Shown: piece after piece, positions 52,301 through 64,000 of the stretch | Numbering within the stretch: the stretch's first letter is position 1 | How the letters are laid out: the number at the start of each line of letters is the position of its first letter | Assembly (NCBI GenBank): GCA_951406725.2 | Contig: OX597821.1 | Coordinates: forward strand, 80,724,001 to 80,788,000 | Reading direction: 5' to 3' | Origin: Octopus vulgaris | Lineage: Eukaryota | DNA length: 64,000 bases | Translations under genes and position numbers: made by a program | Notes under the pieces: model-generated | The model's database searches: none | Seen by the model: the letters and a program-made list of their open reading frames with translations, nothing else | Told to the model about the DNA's origin: nothing

Positions 52301-52804
52301 TTTATGTATTCTTTTACTTGTTTCAGTTATTTGAGTGCAGCCATGCTGGAGCACCACCTTTAATGATTCTGGTCAAACAAATCGACCCCAGAACTTATTC
52401 TTTGTAAGCCTAGTACTTATTCTCTCACCCTTTTTTGATGAACCGCTAAGTTGCGGGGACAAAAACACAGCAACACTGGTTGTCAAGTGATGATAGGGGA
52501 CAAACAGACACAAAGACACATATGCATGAATATATATACACACAACAGGCTTCTTTCAGTTTCCATCAACCATATCCACTGACAAGGTACCATACAGTGG
52601 GACTGAACCTGGGACCATGTGGTTAGGAAGCAAGCTTCTTACCACACTGCCATGTCCATGTATATATGTGTGTGTGTGTATATACCTATGTGTCTGTATA
52701 CATGTATGTATATATGTGTGTATATACTTATGTATGTATATAGACAAATGTATATGTCTGTTTATATATATAAATGTATATATGTATGTTTGTTTTTTTT
52801 CCCT

Positions 52805-53150
52805 TTATTTGATTAACTCTGACAAGATCCAGAATGAAGGGGTCCTGCAGCTTGCTGGTCTACCTCCTCTGCTGGATAGATTCATTGATAGAAATTTACA
52901 TTGGTTGGGACACATTCACAGGATGGACAACAGCAGACAACTCCATTACTCCCAACTATGTGGAGGGTGTGGGGAAAGATTCCATGGAAGACCTACACTG
53001 AGATTCAAGGATACTGCAAAAAGGAACATGGAATGGAAAGGAATTGATCCTAATAAATGGCAGGTTCAAGTGAAAAACTGACCAGGATAAAGAAAGCTTA
53101 TCAAGTCCTGCCAAAGCTACAAGCAGTCAGGATCATGATGACTAACTACA
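52805..53150 (+). mobile_element. RTE-clade LINE 3' fragment (paralog at about 35135-35450)
   Basis: LHWLGHIHRMD...GRPTLRFKD, typical of the RTE ORF C-terminus. Confidence 0.8.
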
Positions 53151-54244
53151 GATAATAATCCCTTCTTCTATAGGCACAAGGCCTGCAATTTTGAGGATGA
53201 GGATAAATTGATTACATCAACCCCAAAACTCAATTGGTACTTTATTTAAGGCGGTGAGCTGGCAGAATCGTTAGCACATCAGGCAAAATGCTTAGCGGTA
53301 TTTCATCTGCCGCTAAATTCTGAGTTCAAACTCCACCGAGGTCGACTTTGCCTTCCATCCTTTCAGGTTCGATTAAATAAGTACCAATTACGCACTGGGG
53401 TCGATATGATCGACTTAATCAGTTTGTCCTCTCTGTATTTAGCCCCTTGTGGGTAGTAAAGTAATAGGTACTTACTTTATTGACCCCTAAAGAAGGAAAG
53501 GTAAAACCAACCTTGCAGAATTTAAATTCAGAATGTAAGGTTGGACTCAATGCTGCCAAGCATTTCGCTTGGTAACAATTCTGCTAGCTTGCCATCTCAA
53601 CTTTGTGGATATACTCTTTTACTTGTTTCAGTCATTTGAGTGCAGCCATGCTGGAGCACTGCCTTTAGTCAAAGAAATCGGCCCCAGGACTTACTCTTTG
53701 TAACCCTAGTACTTATTCCATCAGTCTCTTTTGCCAAACCACTAAGTTATGGGGACATAAACACACCACCATCGATTGTCAAGCGATGTTGGGGGGACAA
53801 ACACAAACATACATACATACATATATACGACGGGTTTCTTTCAGTTTCCATCTACCAAATCCACTCACAAGGATTTAGTCGGCCTGAGGCTATAGTAGAA
53901 AACACTTGCCCAAGGTGGTTGGCTGGTAAGCAAGCTACTTACCACACAGCTACCCCTGTACCTACATCATCTGTGTCCTTTTTTTTTTTAAGAAAGTAGG
54001 GTACGTTTTGAGATTTCAGCAGATTAATCTACCCTAGCACTGTGGCTTGTCTGAGAATTAAGCTCCACAAGGTGTGGTAACTGATATAGTGAGTGTTGCT
54101 GGCCATTCTCCAGGGCCACATCTTTACAATCACATCTGTGAGGTGTGGTTACCAACTGGTCTGGGGTGCACAACTTGTTACCCTCTCCCTTCGCCCATCC
54201 TCTGCTGCTTATTTCCTTCCTACTTAAAATAATAATAATAATAA

Positions 54245-54928
54245 TAATGAAATTATTGTACACAGTGCTCAGGTGCACCACAACTTGTCAAAAGTGCATA
54301 TGCAGTAATGTACAAATGTCTGGAAAGTGAACAGTGTATGAGTCAGATACATGCTTGCGTGTGTATGGAGGGGAGGAAATCAGGTGTAGTGTTGGCGAAT
54401 CTTGGGAAGCATGGAAGTTTTGAAGGATGCAGTGCTCCGACAACTAACAACCGATGCCAGCAGTTTGTTCCATGCTTCAGCAACTCTCAGCGTGAAAAAA
54501 ATGTTTCCTAAAGTCATGGGTCTATGCTGTTTTCTGACTTTGTAAATATGTCCACGGGTGGAGTTTGAAAAGGTGCTCAGAGTTATAGTTGGTAAGACGG
54601 TTACTAATTTTATGGGTGTCTGCCATGTCAGCTGCCAGACATCGGAGTTTCAATGTATCCATGCCCAGGGAAGTAAGGCGTTCAGAATATGGCAAATGCC
54701 TGATGGAGGGTATTCTTTTGGTTGCACGTGACTGAACGTCTTCCAGACGATTGACATCCTTGGCAAGATAGGGGTTCCAGACCGGTGATGCAAATTCCAG
54801 GTGAGGTCACACCATAGCTATATAAAGCCGCAGATAGATAGCCAGAGAGCAGCTCACAAAGGACTTGGTGAGTGATGCCAAGACACCCTCAGCTTTCTTG
54901 GCAATTTTAGCGATGTGTTTTGTCCAAC
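54245..54928 (-). mobile_element. CR1-clade LINE 3' portion
   Basis: Minus translation ..PHLEFASPVWNPYLAKDVNRLEDVQSRATK.., followed by a 3'UTR shared with 21095-21361. Confidence 0.85.
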
Positions 54929-56755
54929 CATTTCTAGGATGAGGCAAATCTGGAGGGTTTTTTCTTCCCAATAATTTGTTCTTTTATACATATAATCTTT
55001 TTTCTTTCTCTTCTTCCTATAAAAATATGTTGCTAAATATAAATCTTCACAGGTTGTTTGAAAGTATTAAGGTTAACCTTAGTTTAGTAATATTAGTCTC
55101 TTTCCATAAGCACAGGAATGGCTGTGTGGTACGAAGCTTGCATCCCAACCACATGGTTCCAGGTTCAGTCCCACTATATGGCACTTTGGGCAAGTGTCTT
55201 CTACTGTATCTTTGGGATTTGGGAGACAGAAACTGAAAGAAGCTCATCGTGTGTGTTTCGGTTTTGTTGTGTTTGTGTCTATCCCCTCCTTACTGCATGA
55301 CAACCAGTATTGGTGTGTTTATGTCCCTGTAACTTAGTAGTTTGGCAAAAGAGACCAATAGAATGAATACATAACTGCAGTCGAATGACCAAAACGGAAA
55401 AAAAAACTGAGAGAATATTTCCCACATGACAAAATTGAACATGGCGCCATAAGTGAACAGTTGACCAAATGACAATTTTACGATGCTGCAGCTGTTGCTA
55501 TTGTTGTTTAGAAGTAACAAATTTAACTTGTGATACTTATTTCTTGCCAGATGAACTGGGACATTTAAAAGTTCAATAGGTTGGCCATGTATAGAGTGTC
55601 ACATGTACACAGCTGAAACTGCCAGTTTATTGTTTGGTTATCTGATACACAGTCACTCAATTGTCAATACTATCTTCAAAATTTGATACATCTAAAGTAA
55701 ATATTATGGAACAGAGGTGAGCAACCTACAACCTTCAGGACAAATATCATTGAAGACATTTCCTATGAGACATTTAACACAGTTTATATAAAATCATCAT
55801 ACACAGACATCTGAAAAGTAAACAGCCCTCACTATGCCATTTTATCTGTGCTGACACAGTTCTTTATTATGATGCCCAAATGGAAATAATCATAAAAAAA
55901 CTTCACCTGCCATGGCTACTAAATTACAAGATTAAGGAGTTAAATGCATCAAGAGATGTTATTTTTGTTTTGTTTTCAGAAATAAATCTTTCAGAAAATG
56001 ATGGTGTCTATTTACTTTTGAAATGCATGTGCATGTTTATATGTGTGTGTATGTACATGTATGTGTGTATGCATATATATATATACATATATATGTATGT
56101 ATATATATATGTATGTATATATATACGTATGTATATATATACATATGTATGCATATATATGTATGTATATATATATATACACATAAAGGGTGAAATATAA
56201 TTAATTTAATAAAATCAATAAATTTCACCTAGTAGTTTTTTCGGTATGGAAATGACCATATTCGGTAAGGATTATATTAATTATAATAAAGGGTTAATTG
56301 CAACAAGTTGCTCAAAACCACATACCAAAAATATTAGAAATAGCAGCCAAATAGGTCACCATTACTACTACTAGAAAAATAAGTCTCCGCAAACAAACAG
56401 AGTTTGTAACCCGTATATGGCAAAGAGGAAGAAGACAACGAAATCCCAGCCTATTGGATTAATTATGGACGAATTCGTTTCTGGATTAGAATCGAAAGTT
56501 CATTTCCTTATCAACATAATACATATATATGTGTGTGTATATATATATATAGAGAGAGAGAGATACTCCAGCCCATCCAATATGGTAATAGTGGAATTTT
56601 TTAGAGATTTCTGTCGACCTTTTTTCGAGTAGCGTGCGTACTGGGGAAAAAATTATATGGTAAATGGACAATATGTCCAATTTTCAGCATATTTGGTCTG
56701 GTCGGTCACATCATCACGTGATATATATATGTATATATATATATATGTATGTATG

Positions 56756-56788
<33 letters not shown>

Positions 56789-57005
56789 GTTCAGGAAGGG
56801 CATCCAGTCGTAGAAACACTGCCAGATTTGACTGGGCCTGATGAAGCCTTCTGGCTTCACAGACCCCAGTAGAACCGTCCAATCCCATGCTAGCATGGAA
56901 AACGGATGCTAAACGATGATGATGATATATATGTATATATATATATGTATATATATATATGTATATATATATATGTATATATATATATGTATATATATAT
57001 GTATG

Positions 57006-57042
<37 letters not shown>

Positions 57043-57580
57043 GTATATATATTTATATTTATATATATGTATATATATGTGTATATATATCATCATCATC
57101 ATTTAGCGTCCGCTTTCCATGCTAGCATGGATTGGACAGGTCAACTGGGGTCTGTGAAGCTGGAAGGCTTCGTCAGATCTGGCAGTGTTTCTACGGCTGG
57201 ATGCCCTTGCTAACGCCAACCACTCCGCGAGTGTAGTGGGTGTTTTTTATGTGCCACCTGCACAGGTGCCAGACAGAGCTGGCAAACGGCCACGAACGGA
57301 TGGTGCTTTTACGTGCCACCGACATATGTGTATATATATATATATATTGTCCAGGATAGGACTACACAGCCACAGCAGGAAATGTATCAGGACATGAAAT
57401 GTAAAAGCCGGACTAGACTACTTTATGCGCAACTCCATTGTCTCCCGAGACAAAAAGGATGCCAACCAATATATATATATATGTGTGTATATATATATAT
57501 ATATGTGTGTATAAATATATATGTATATATATGTGTTTATATATATATGTGTGTATATATATGTATGTATGTATATATAT

Positions 57581-57782
57581 ATTACATGACATGTCAAATT
57601 CGCCAGAAGGGCAGGGCCAACCCATAACATTACATGACATGTCAGAGAAGTAGACCTAATCCATAACATTACATGTCATGTCGTAGATTTGCCAGAGTGG
57701 CAGGGCCAATCCATATCATTACATGACATGTCTGTGTTTCGCCAGAGGGGCAGACACAATCCATAACATATATATGACTTGT
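57581..57782. repeat. Degenerate minisatellite with a conserved 22-bp block CCATAACATTACATGACATGTC
   Basis: Blocks at 57581 (partial), 57622, 57661, 57711 and 57761; the 17-28-bp intervening segments are related to each other. Confidence 0.85.
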
Positions 57783-57894
57783 AGGCATATGGTATTTTGT
57801 TATGCAACCATAACTTACTATGAAGTATATTAAACGTTTTTAGAATACAATACCATGTCCTACTGTGTTAGCAGTGCATTTAAATCATGTTAAG

Positions 57895-57970
<76 letters not shown>

Positions 57971-58522
57971 TACACACACATATATGAGTGTGTTGTGTGT
58001 ATAACACTAAAATTATGTGACATAGTTTTTAGGTGTAGTTACTTACTTGTTGTTTGTTCTTTCATTCGCCCACGCCTTCTTTCGGTCACGTTTGGAATAA
58101 CAAATAGCTGACACTATTCTGCATTTGATGATTGATAAATCAGTCTTTTATTGATGCAACTTTATTTATGATGAGGAAATTAGCTCACAGGGCCTGCACT
58201 AGAGAAAAAATAAGATGACTCTCAAATGTAAGTAAAAAAAGATTCTATAAAATTGGTTAAAATCTTTTATTGTTTATTAAGTTCCACCCCACCAACCCCC
58301 AGAAAAGGAAAGACAAGAAAAACATTGAAATTCTCTACTAATCACACCATATTGATGAATGGACTAATGATTATTTTTGTATGTAAAGTTTTCTTCATTT
58401 TTTTTTCTTCTGTAATGTTTCTTAAAAATGCTTAAAGTTCTTCCCAGTTTGTTTGTTTTTTTTTCTTTTCAAAACGTCCTTGGAACTTTCTTGAAAATGC
58501 CTTTTTTTTCTAAAACTTCCTC

Positions 58523-58738
58523 TCAGCATTTACTGCTCAAATCATCTGCAACACAATGCACCACACTCTTCCGTTTCTCTTTGCTGTAAATACATTTGCA
58601 ATTTCTACATCGTTTCTCTGACATCTGTGACTCCAGTTGATCATTTATTACACGTATATAACCACTGTTCTGTGAAAGGATCAGCTTGGCATTATATAAA
58701 TTGCCATGGGTATGGAAGATCAGTTTGAAAAAGTCATC
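58523..58738 (-). CDS. Candidate terminal coding exon of an unidentified convergent gene (DDFFKLIFHTHGNLYNAKLIL...LSSKC*)
   Basis: Minus-strand acceptor TTTCTTATCTGTCCATTACAG| precedes 71 open codons of non-repetitive sequence; the other two frames close within a few codons. Downstream is AT-rich with minus-strand AATAAA near 58147-58167. Family not recognised. Confidence 0.4.
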   Translation of the reverse strand, partial: DDFFKLIFHTHGNLYNAKLILSQNSGYIRVINDQLESQMSEKRCRNCKCIYSKEKRKSVVHCVADDLSSKC

Positions 58739-60087
58739 CTGTAATGGACAGATAAGAAAGTTTAGAATTAACACACTGCAAACTGAATGAAGATATCAAT
58801 AAATAAATTCAAATAGAAATATATGCACCTCAACCACGTGTGTTTATACACACACACACACATACATATATATGTATGTATGTATATGTATGTATATGTA
58901 AGTATATATGTATATATATGTATGTACGTATGTATATATATGTATGTATATATATATGTATATATATGTATGTATATTTATATATATGTATGTATATTTA
59001 TATATATATATGTATGTATATATATGTATATATATGTATGTATGTATATATATATTGTATATATACATACATACATATATACTTATGTAGGAAGTGTTGA
59101 GATGTCTTCATATATCCAGATAATTTATTCTCAAGCACAGAATAATGCCTCAACACCATGAAGAGGATATTATCCTTATATTGCAGAAAAATTTGTCAGC
59201 AGCCAGCCATGGGACTCAAACTCACATCTTTGTTATTACCAGTTAAGTCTGCTTTACCTTTAAGCTCAACTGTCCACTCACAAATTCTTCTGTAACTTTT
59301 GGACTTATAAACTTACCGTTTTATAAATACTGTATGTGAAATTCAAATTACGATATATGTAACCACAGTTTGTTTGTAGAAAGTGTTGGGATGTCCATAT
59401 CTCTATATTTCAATACATCTCAACACATTCTACAAAGCAAACTTCTTTTGCATCATCATCCTCGTTTAATGCCTGCTTTCCATGCTAGCATGGATTGGAC
59501 AATTTTGACTGAGGGCTGGCGAACCAGATGGCTGCACCAGGCTCCAATCTTGATCTGGCAGAGTTTCTACAACTGGATGCCCTTCCTAATGCCAACCACT
59601 CCGAGAGTGTAGTGGGTGCTTTTTATGTGCCACCAGTACGGGGGACAGTCAGGCGGTACTAGCAACGACCTCGCTCAAATCTTTTTACACATGCCACTGG
59701 CACAGGTACCAGTAAGGCGACGCTGGTAACGATTACGCTCGAATGGAAGCCAGTTAGCCGCTCTGGCAACGATCACGCTTCGATGGTACCCTTGGTACCC
59801 TACTAGCACGGGCATGAGCCTCAATAAAAGGGTAACTTTATAAGTTCAAAAATTGCAGAAGAATTTATGAGTGGGAAGTTTAGCTAAAAGGTAATGCACT
59901 TAAGCGGTAATCAAAAAGATGTGAGTTTGAGTGTCATGGCTGGCAGCTGACAAATTTTTCTGCAATATAAGTATAATAACTTATTTATGCAGTTCACGAT
60001 TATTCTGTGCTTAACAATAAGTTATCTCCATATCTGTGTATATATATATGTGTATATGTATGAGTATATATATGTATGTGTGTATAC

Positions 60088-60127
<40 letters not shown>

Positions 60128-60458
60128 ATATATATATATACATATATATGTATGTATATATATATGTATGAGCATATATATGTGTGTATATATATATATG
60201 TGTGTATATATATATATGTGTGTGTGTGTATATATATATATATGTATGTATATATATATATATATATATATACATATGCATGTATTTATATATATATGTA
60301 TGTATCTGTATATATCTCTATCTGTCTATCTATCTATCTATGTATATGTATATATGTATGTATATATATATATGTATGTATATATATATATATATGTGTG
60401 TATATATATATATGTGTGTGTATATATATATATACATGTATGCATATATATATGTATG

Positions 60459-60490
<32 letters not shown>

Positions 60491-60552
60491 TATATGTATA
60501 TATATATATATATATATATTTATATGTATACATGTATATGTACGTATATATA

Positions 60553-62320
60553 CGTACCAACACCACCGGAGAAAGCAACAATAAAAAAAATTAGAACTTT
60601 AGTCAATGAATACCAGGACTCCTTTACAGATAAGGAGAAAGACTATCTATGCAACTCAAGAACCAAAGAAAGCAATTTTTATGGATTACCTAAAATTGAT
60701 AAAAGCTCTGAAATACAGAGAGCCATAAAGGAACAGAGGAACCACTATATAAGAATACAAAGGCCTGCAGACCTCACAATGAGACCAATAGTGGCAGGAC
60801 CCCAGGCACCAACACAACAACTAAGCCACTTCATAGATGTACTCCTCAAACCTTTATGCCCACAGATACCAAGCTACATAAGGGATGACATACACTTCCT
60901 CACACATTCTAAATACAGTCCCGAATAACACCATACTTGCAAGCTTTGATGTCACAAATCTATACACAAACATACCACACACCCTAGGTCTAGAAGCAAT
61001 AAGACAATCGATAGAAAAATACAGAGAACTTATAAACGAACGCTTCAAGACAAACTTTATCACCCAAGCCACCCAATTAATACTCGAAGAAAATACATTC
61101 TCATTCAACAAGACATACCGACAGATAAAGGGCACAGCTATGGGTACAAAATTCGCACCTTCATATGCCAACCTGGTGATGGGTTTCCTGGAGAACAAAC
61201 TATACGATGAAATAGGGAAAGTCTTCGAACACGACTTCAGGGAAGACATCAAGAAAAAGTGGAAATGCTACCTCGATGACTGCTTCATCTTTGGAACAGA
61301 TCAGAAGAAGACCTACGAACATTCCACAACATCCTCAATACGCTGCACCCATCTATCAACTTCACAATAGATACCAGCCACAACGAACTTCCCTTCCTAG
61401 ACATCAACATCAAAATACACAACTCCATCATCACAACAGACATCCACTACAAAAAAACAGGCACACACCAATATTTAAATTTCCACTCCTGCCACCCATC
61501 CAACATAAAAAGAAACATCCCATATAGTATGGCAAGACGAATATGTAGCATAGTAACTGATTCACAAATACGACTAATAAGACTAGATGAACTTAAAAAC
61601 TTCCTCCTAGAGCAAAAATACTCTTAAACTAAGAGAAAATGGAATCACAAGAGCATTGAAACTAGACATCGCACAACTCAGGACACCCAAAACAAAAAAC
61701 AAAGAAAACATTATCCCTTTTATAAACATGCACAACCCTGGAGTTACCAACATGTTCCAAATCATACATTCAAACCTGCCAATAGCCTTACAAAGCCCCA
61801 AAATGAAAAACATATTAAACAAATATAGCATAAAAAACAGTAGACGACAGGACAAAAACCTAAAGAAACACCTAACAAGAGCGAAATTCTCTTCAGAAAT
61901 AAAACGGAATTGTTTGCAAAAGAGTGCGGAGATGGTAGATGTGGGATCTGCAGCAACCCCACCTACAAATACATAGAGGGAAACAGAGAGATGAGATTTA
62001 AAAGTGGTTACGTATTCAAAGTAAATGCAGATATGAACTGCAAGATACAGAATGTTATATACTGCATAACCTGCCCCACATGCAAGGAGGATTACGTAGG
62101 TGAAACTGGTAATTCTTTGTGCCAGCGAGCCAGGATTCACCGACAACGTGTTCAGCAGGAAGAACTACGCAAGATACCACTAAGTACACACCTAGCGACA
62201 TGTGGAGAAGGAAAGTTTAATATCTTTCCCTTCTACAAATGTCCGAAGAACGACACCTCTTTCAGGAGGAATATGGAAAAATATTTCATAGCTAAGTTCT
62301 CCCCCAAATTAAATGGCTGA
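60553..62320 (+). mobile_element. 5'-truncated Penelope-like element (RT plus Cys-rich linker plus GIY-YIG), multiple frameshifts
   Basis: FYGLPKI, MRPIVAG, SFDVTNLYTNIP, GTAMGTKFAPSYANL, YLDD, CGDGRCGIC and NVIYCITCPTC..YVGETG motifs. Confidence 0.92.
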
Positions 62321-62577
62321 AATTTTACTCATCATACATTGAAGGACAAATCATTCGATTTACAATGTAATATAGTAGAACATTTAGTATATGTGTGTAT
62401 ATATATATTACCTTTTATATACATTATATTTTTGTAATTTACTTAATCTTTACTTTTTAATTGTCATCTTAATTTTAACTTTCCTATGATATGCAACTTT
62501 CAAGATGGTGTAATTTAATTGTTCATTTTGAATTGATAAAAGGTGGCTTTTTTTCTAATATTTCATGTATAAGCATG

Positions 62578-62626
<49 letters not shown>

Positions 62627-62628
<2 letters not shown>

Positions 62629-63367
62629 GCACCGCACCGACTGGCCTCCGTGCTGTGGGCACGTAACAAACACCATCCGATCGTGGCCGTTCACCAGCCT
62701 CATCTGGCACCTGTGTCGGTGGCACATAAAAACACCATCTGAAGACCCGGCAAGACTAGTCAGGCCATAACCTGTGGCCCCTACCTGGGACGTAGTCAGT
62801 CCACCTGTGCATACCTTCCTTCTTGTGACACTTGTGAAGACCTGTTGAGGCAAGTGAAAATCAAAACAAATCAAAATAGATGAACATCAATGGAATTTGT
62901 ATCTATGTGGTACCAGTGCCGGTGGCACGTGGCACACAAGAAAACCATCCGAACGTGGCCGTAGCCAGTACCGTATCGACTGGCCTCCATGCTGTGGGCA
63001 CGTAACAAACACCATCCGATCGTGGCCGTTTGCCAGCCTCATCTGGCACCTGTGTCGGTGGCACATAAAAACACCATCCGAGCGTGGCCGTCTGCCAGCC
63101 TCGTCTGGCACCTGTGTCGGTGGCACATAAAAAACACCATCCGAGCGTGGCTGTCTGCCAGCCTCGTCTGGCACCTGTGTCGGTGGCACATAAAATCACC
63201 CACTACACTCTCGGAGTGGTTGGCATTAGGAAGGGCATCCAGCTGTAGAAACACTGCCAGATCTGACTGGACTGGTGCAGCTTTCGGGCTCCCCAGACCC
63301 CAGTTGAACCGTCCAACCCATGCTAGCATGGAAAGCGGACGTTAAATGATGATGATGATGATGATGA
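62627..63367 (+). mobile_element. Family C element with an internal tandem array of about 61-63-bp units
   Basis: Repeated CACCATCCGA.CGTGGCCGT.TGCCAGCCTC.TCTGGCACCTGTGTCGGTGGCACATAAAA units, then the family C 3' end and (GAT)n tail. Confidence 0.85.
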
Positions 63368-64000
63368 TATATATATAGAGAGAGAGAGAGGTATAAATAT
63401 CAACACAATTTTTCTCTCTTCTCTTCTCCAAACTCACAGACACCCACACACGCACACACAGACACACACACACACATACCTCCACAAAACAATCATAAAA
63501 AGTGGAAAGAATTCTTAAACCCCAAAAAGCATTTGACCATTAAACACACACACTCTCTCACAATGATAAAAGGAAATATAATTTATGGCCTGCCTCCCTG
63601 CCACCACACACTCAGTGACACTGTGAAGTGGTCAAAACTGAAATTCTTTCTTTTTTCCCAAGACCTTAGAACCCCCTTGGAGTCAATATTCTGTCCAGCA
63701 GACCAAAAAAAAATTCTTTTCTTCTCCTTCCCTCTCCCTTCCCCTCTTTTTCTTTAGCCCTCATCCCAGATACAAAAACACACACGCACACACACACATA
63801 CACACATGTTCTCTCTCTCACTATCTCTTCATCCATCACCCTCTTGTACTGTCTTATATTCCTCCCCACCACTACAAACTCTATAAAATAATCCACTACA
63901 AAATAGTCAAAATTCCTCACACTGGAACTTAATTTGATTTGAAAACCCCACTAGAATGGGAGAAAGCGCTAATGATCTAAGTGATATGATATATATATAA

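Noticed and set aside
57581-57782. CRISPR array
   Set aside because: Eukaryotic context, no cas genes, and the spacers are homologous to each other and unequal in length.

Overview
AT-rich, microsatellite- and transposon-saturated animal genomic DNA. The SINE/LINE families look like those of a coleoid cephalopod, probably Octopus; this is an inference from repeat motifs, not a database match. One complete host gene can be assembled: SKA1 (spindle and kinetochore-associated protein 1) on the + strand, with a probable non-coding exon 1 ending at 25172 and four coding exons (30484-30699, 38559-38674, 40839-41176, 43982-44136; 825 nt, 274 aa, consistent GT-AG phases). It is preceded by a compact cell-cycle-type promoter with overlapping ETS-CRE, E2F and CHR motifs. 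A possible last exon of a convergent gene lies at 58523-58738 (-). The rest is decayed mobile DNA: two Penelope-like elements (PLEs), RTE, CR1 and RLE-type (R4/Dong-like) LINE fragments, a Gypsy integrase fragment, mariner, hAT, piggyBac and Helitron non-autonomous elements, and at least four SINE families. The most unusual signals are several type I hammerhead-ribozyme motifs (one with a fully intact core inside a foldback in SKA1 intron 4, and three with a CCGA core variant), several long inverted-repeat units, and a bipartite RTE-like element with an HDV-like 5' end. All alignments and folds were done by eye.
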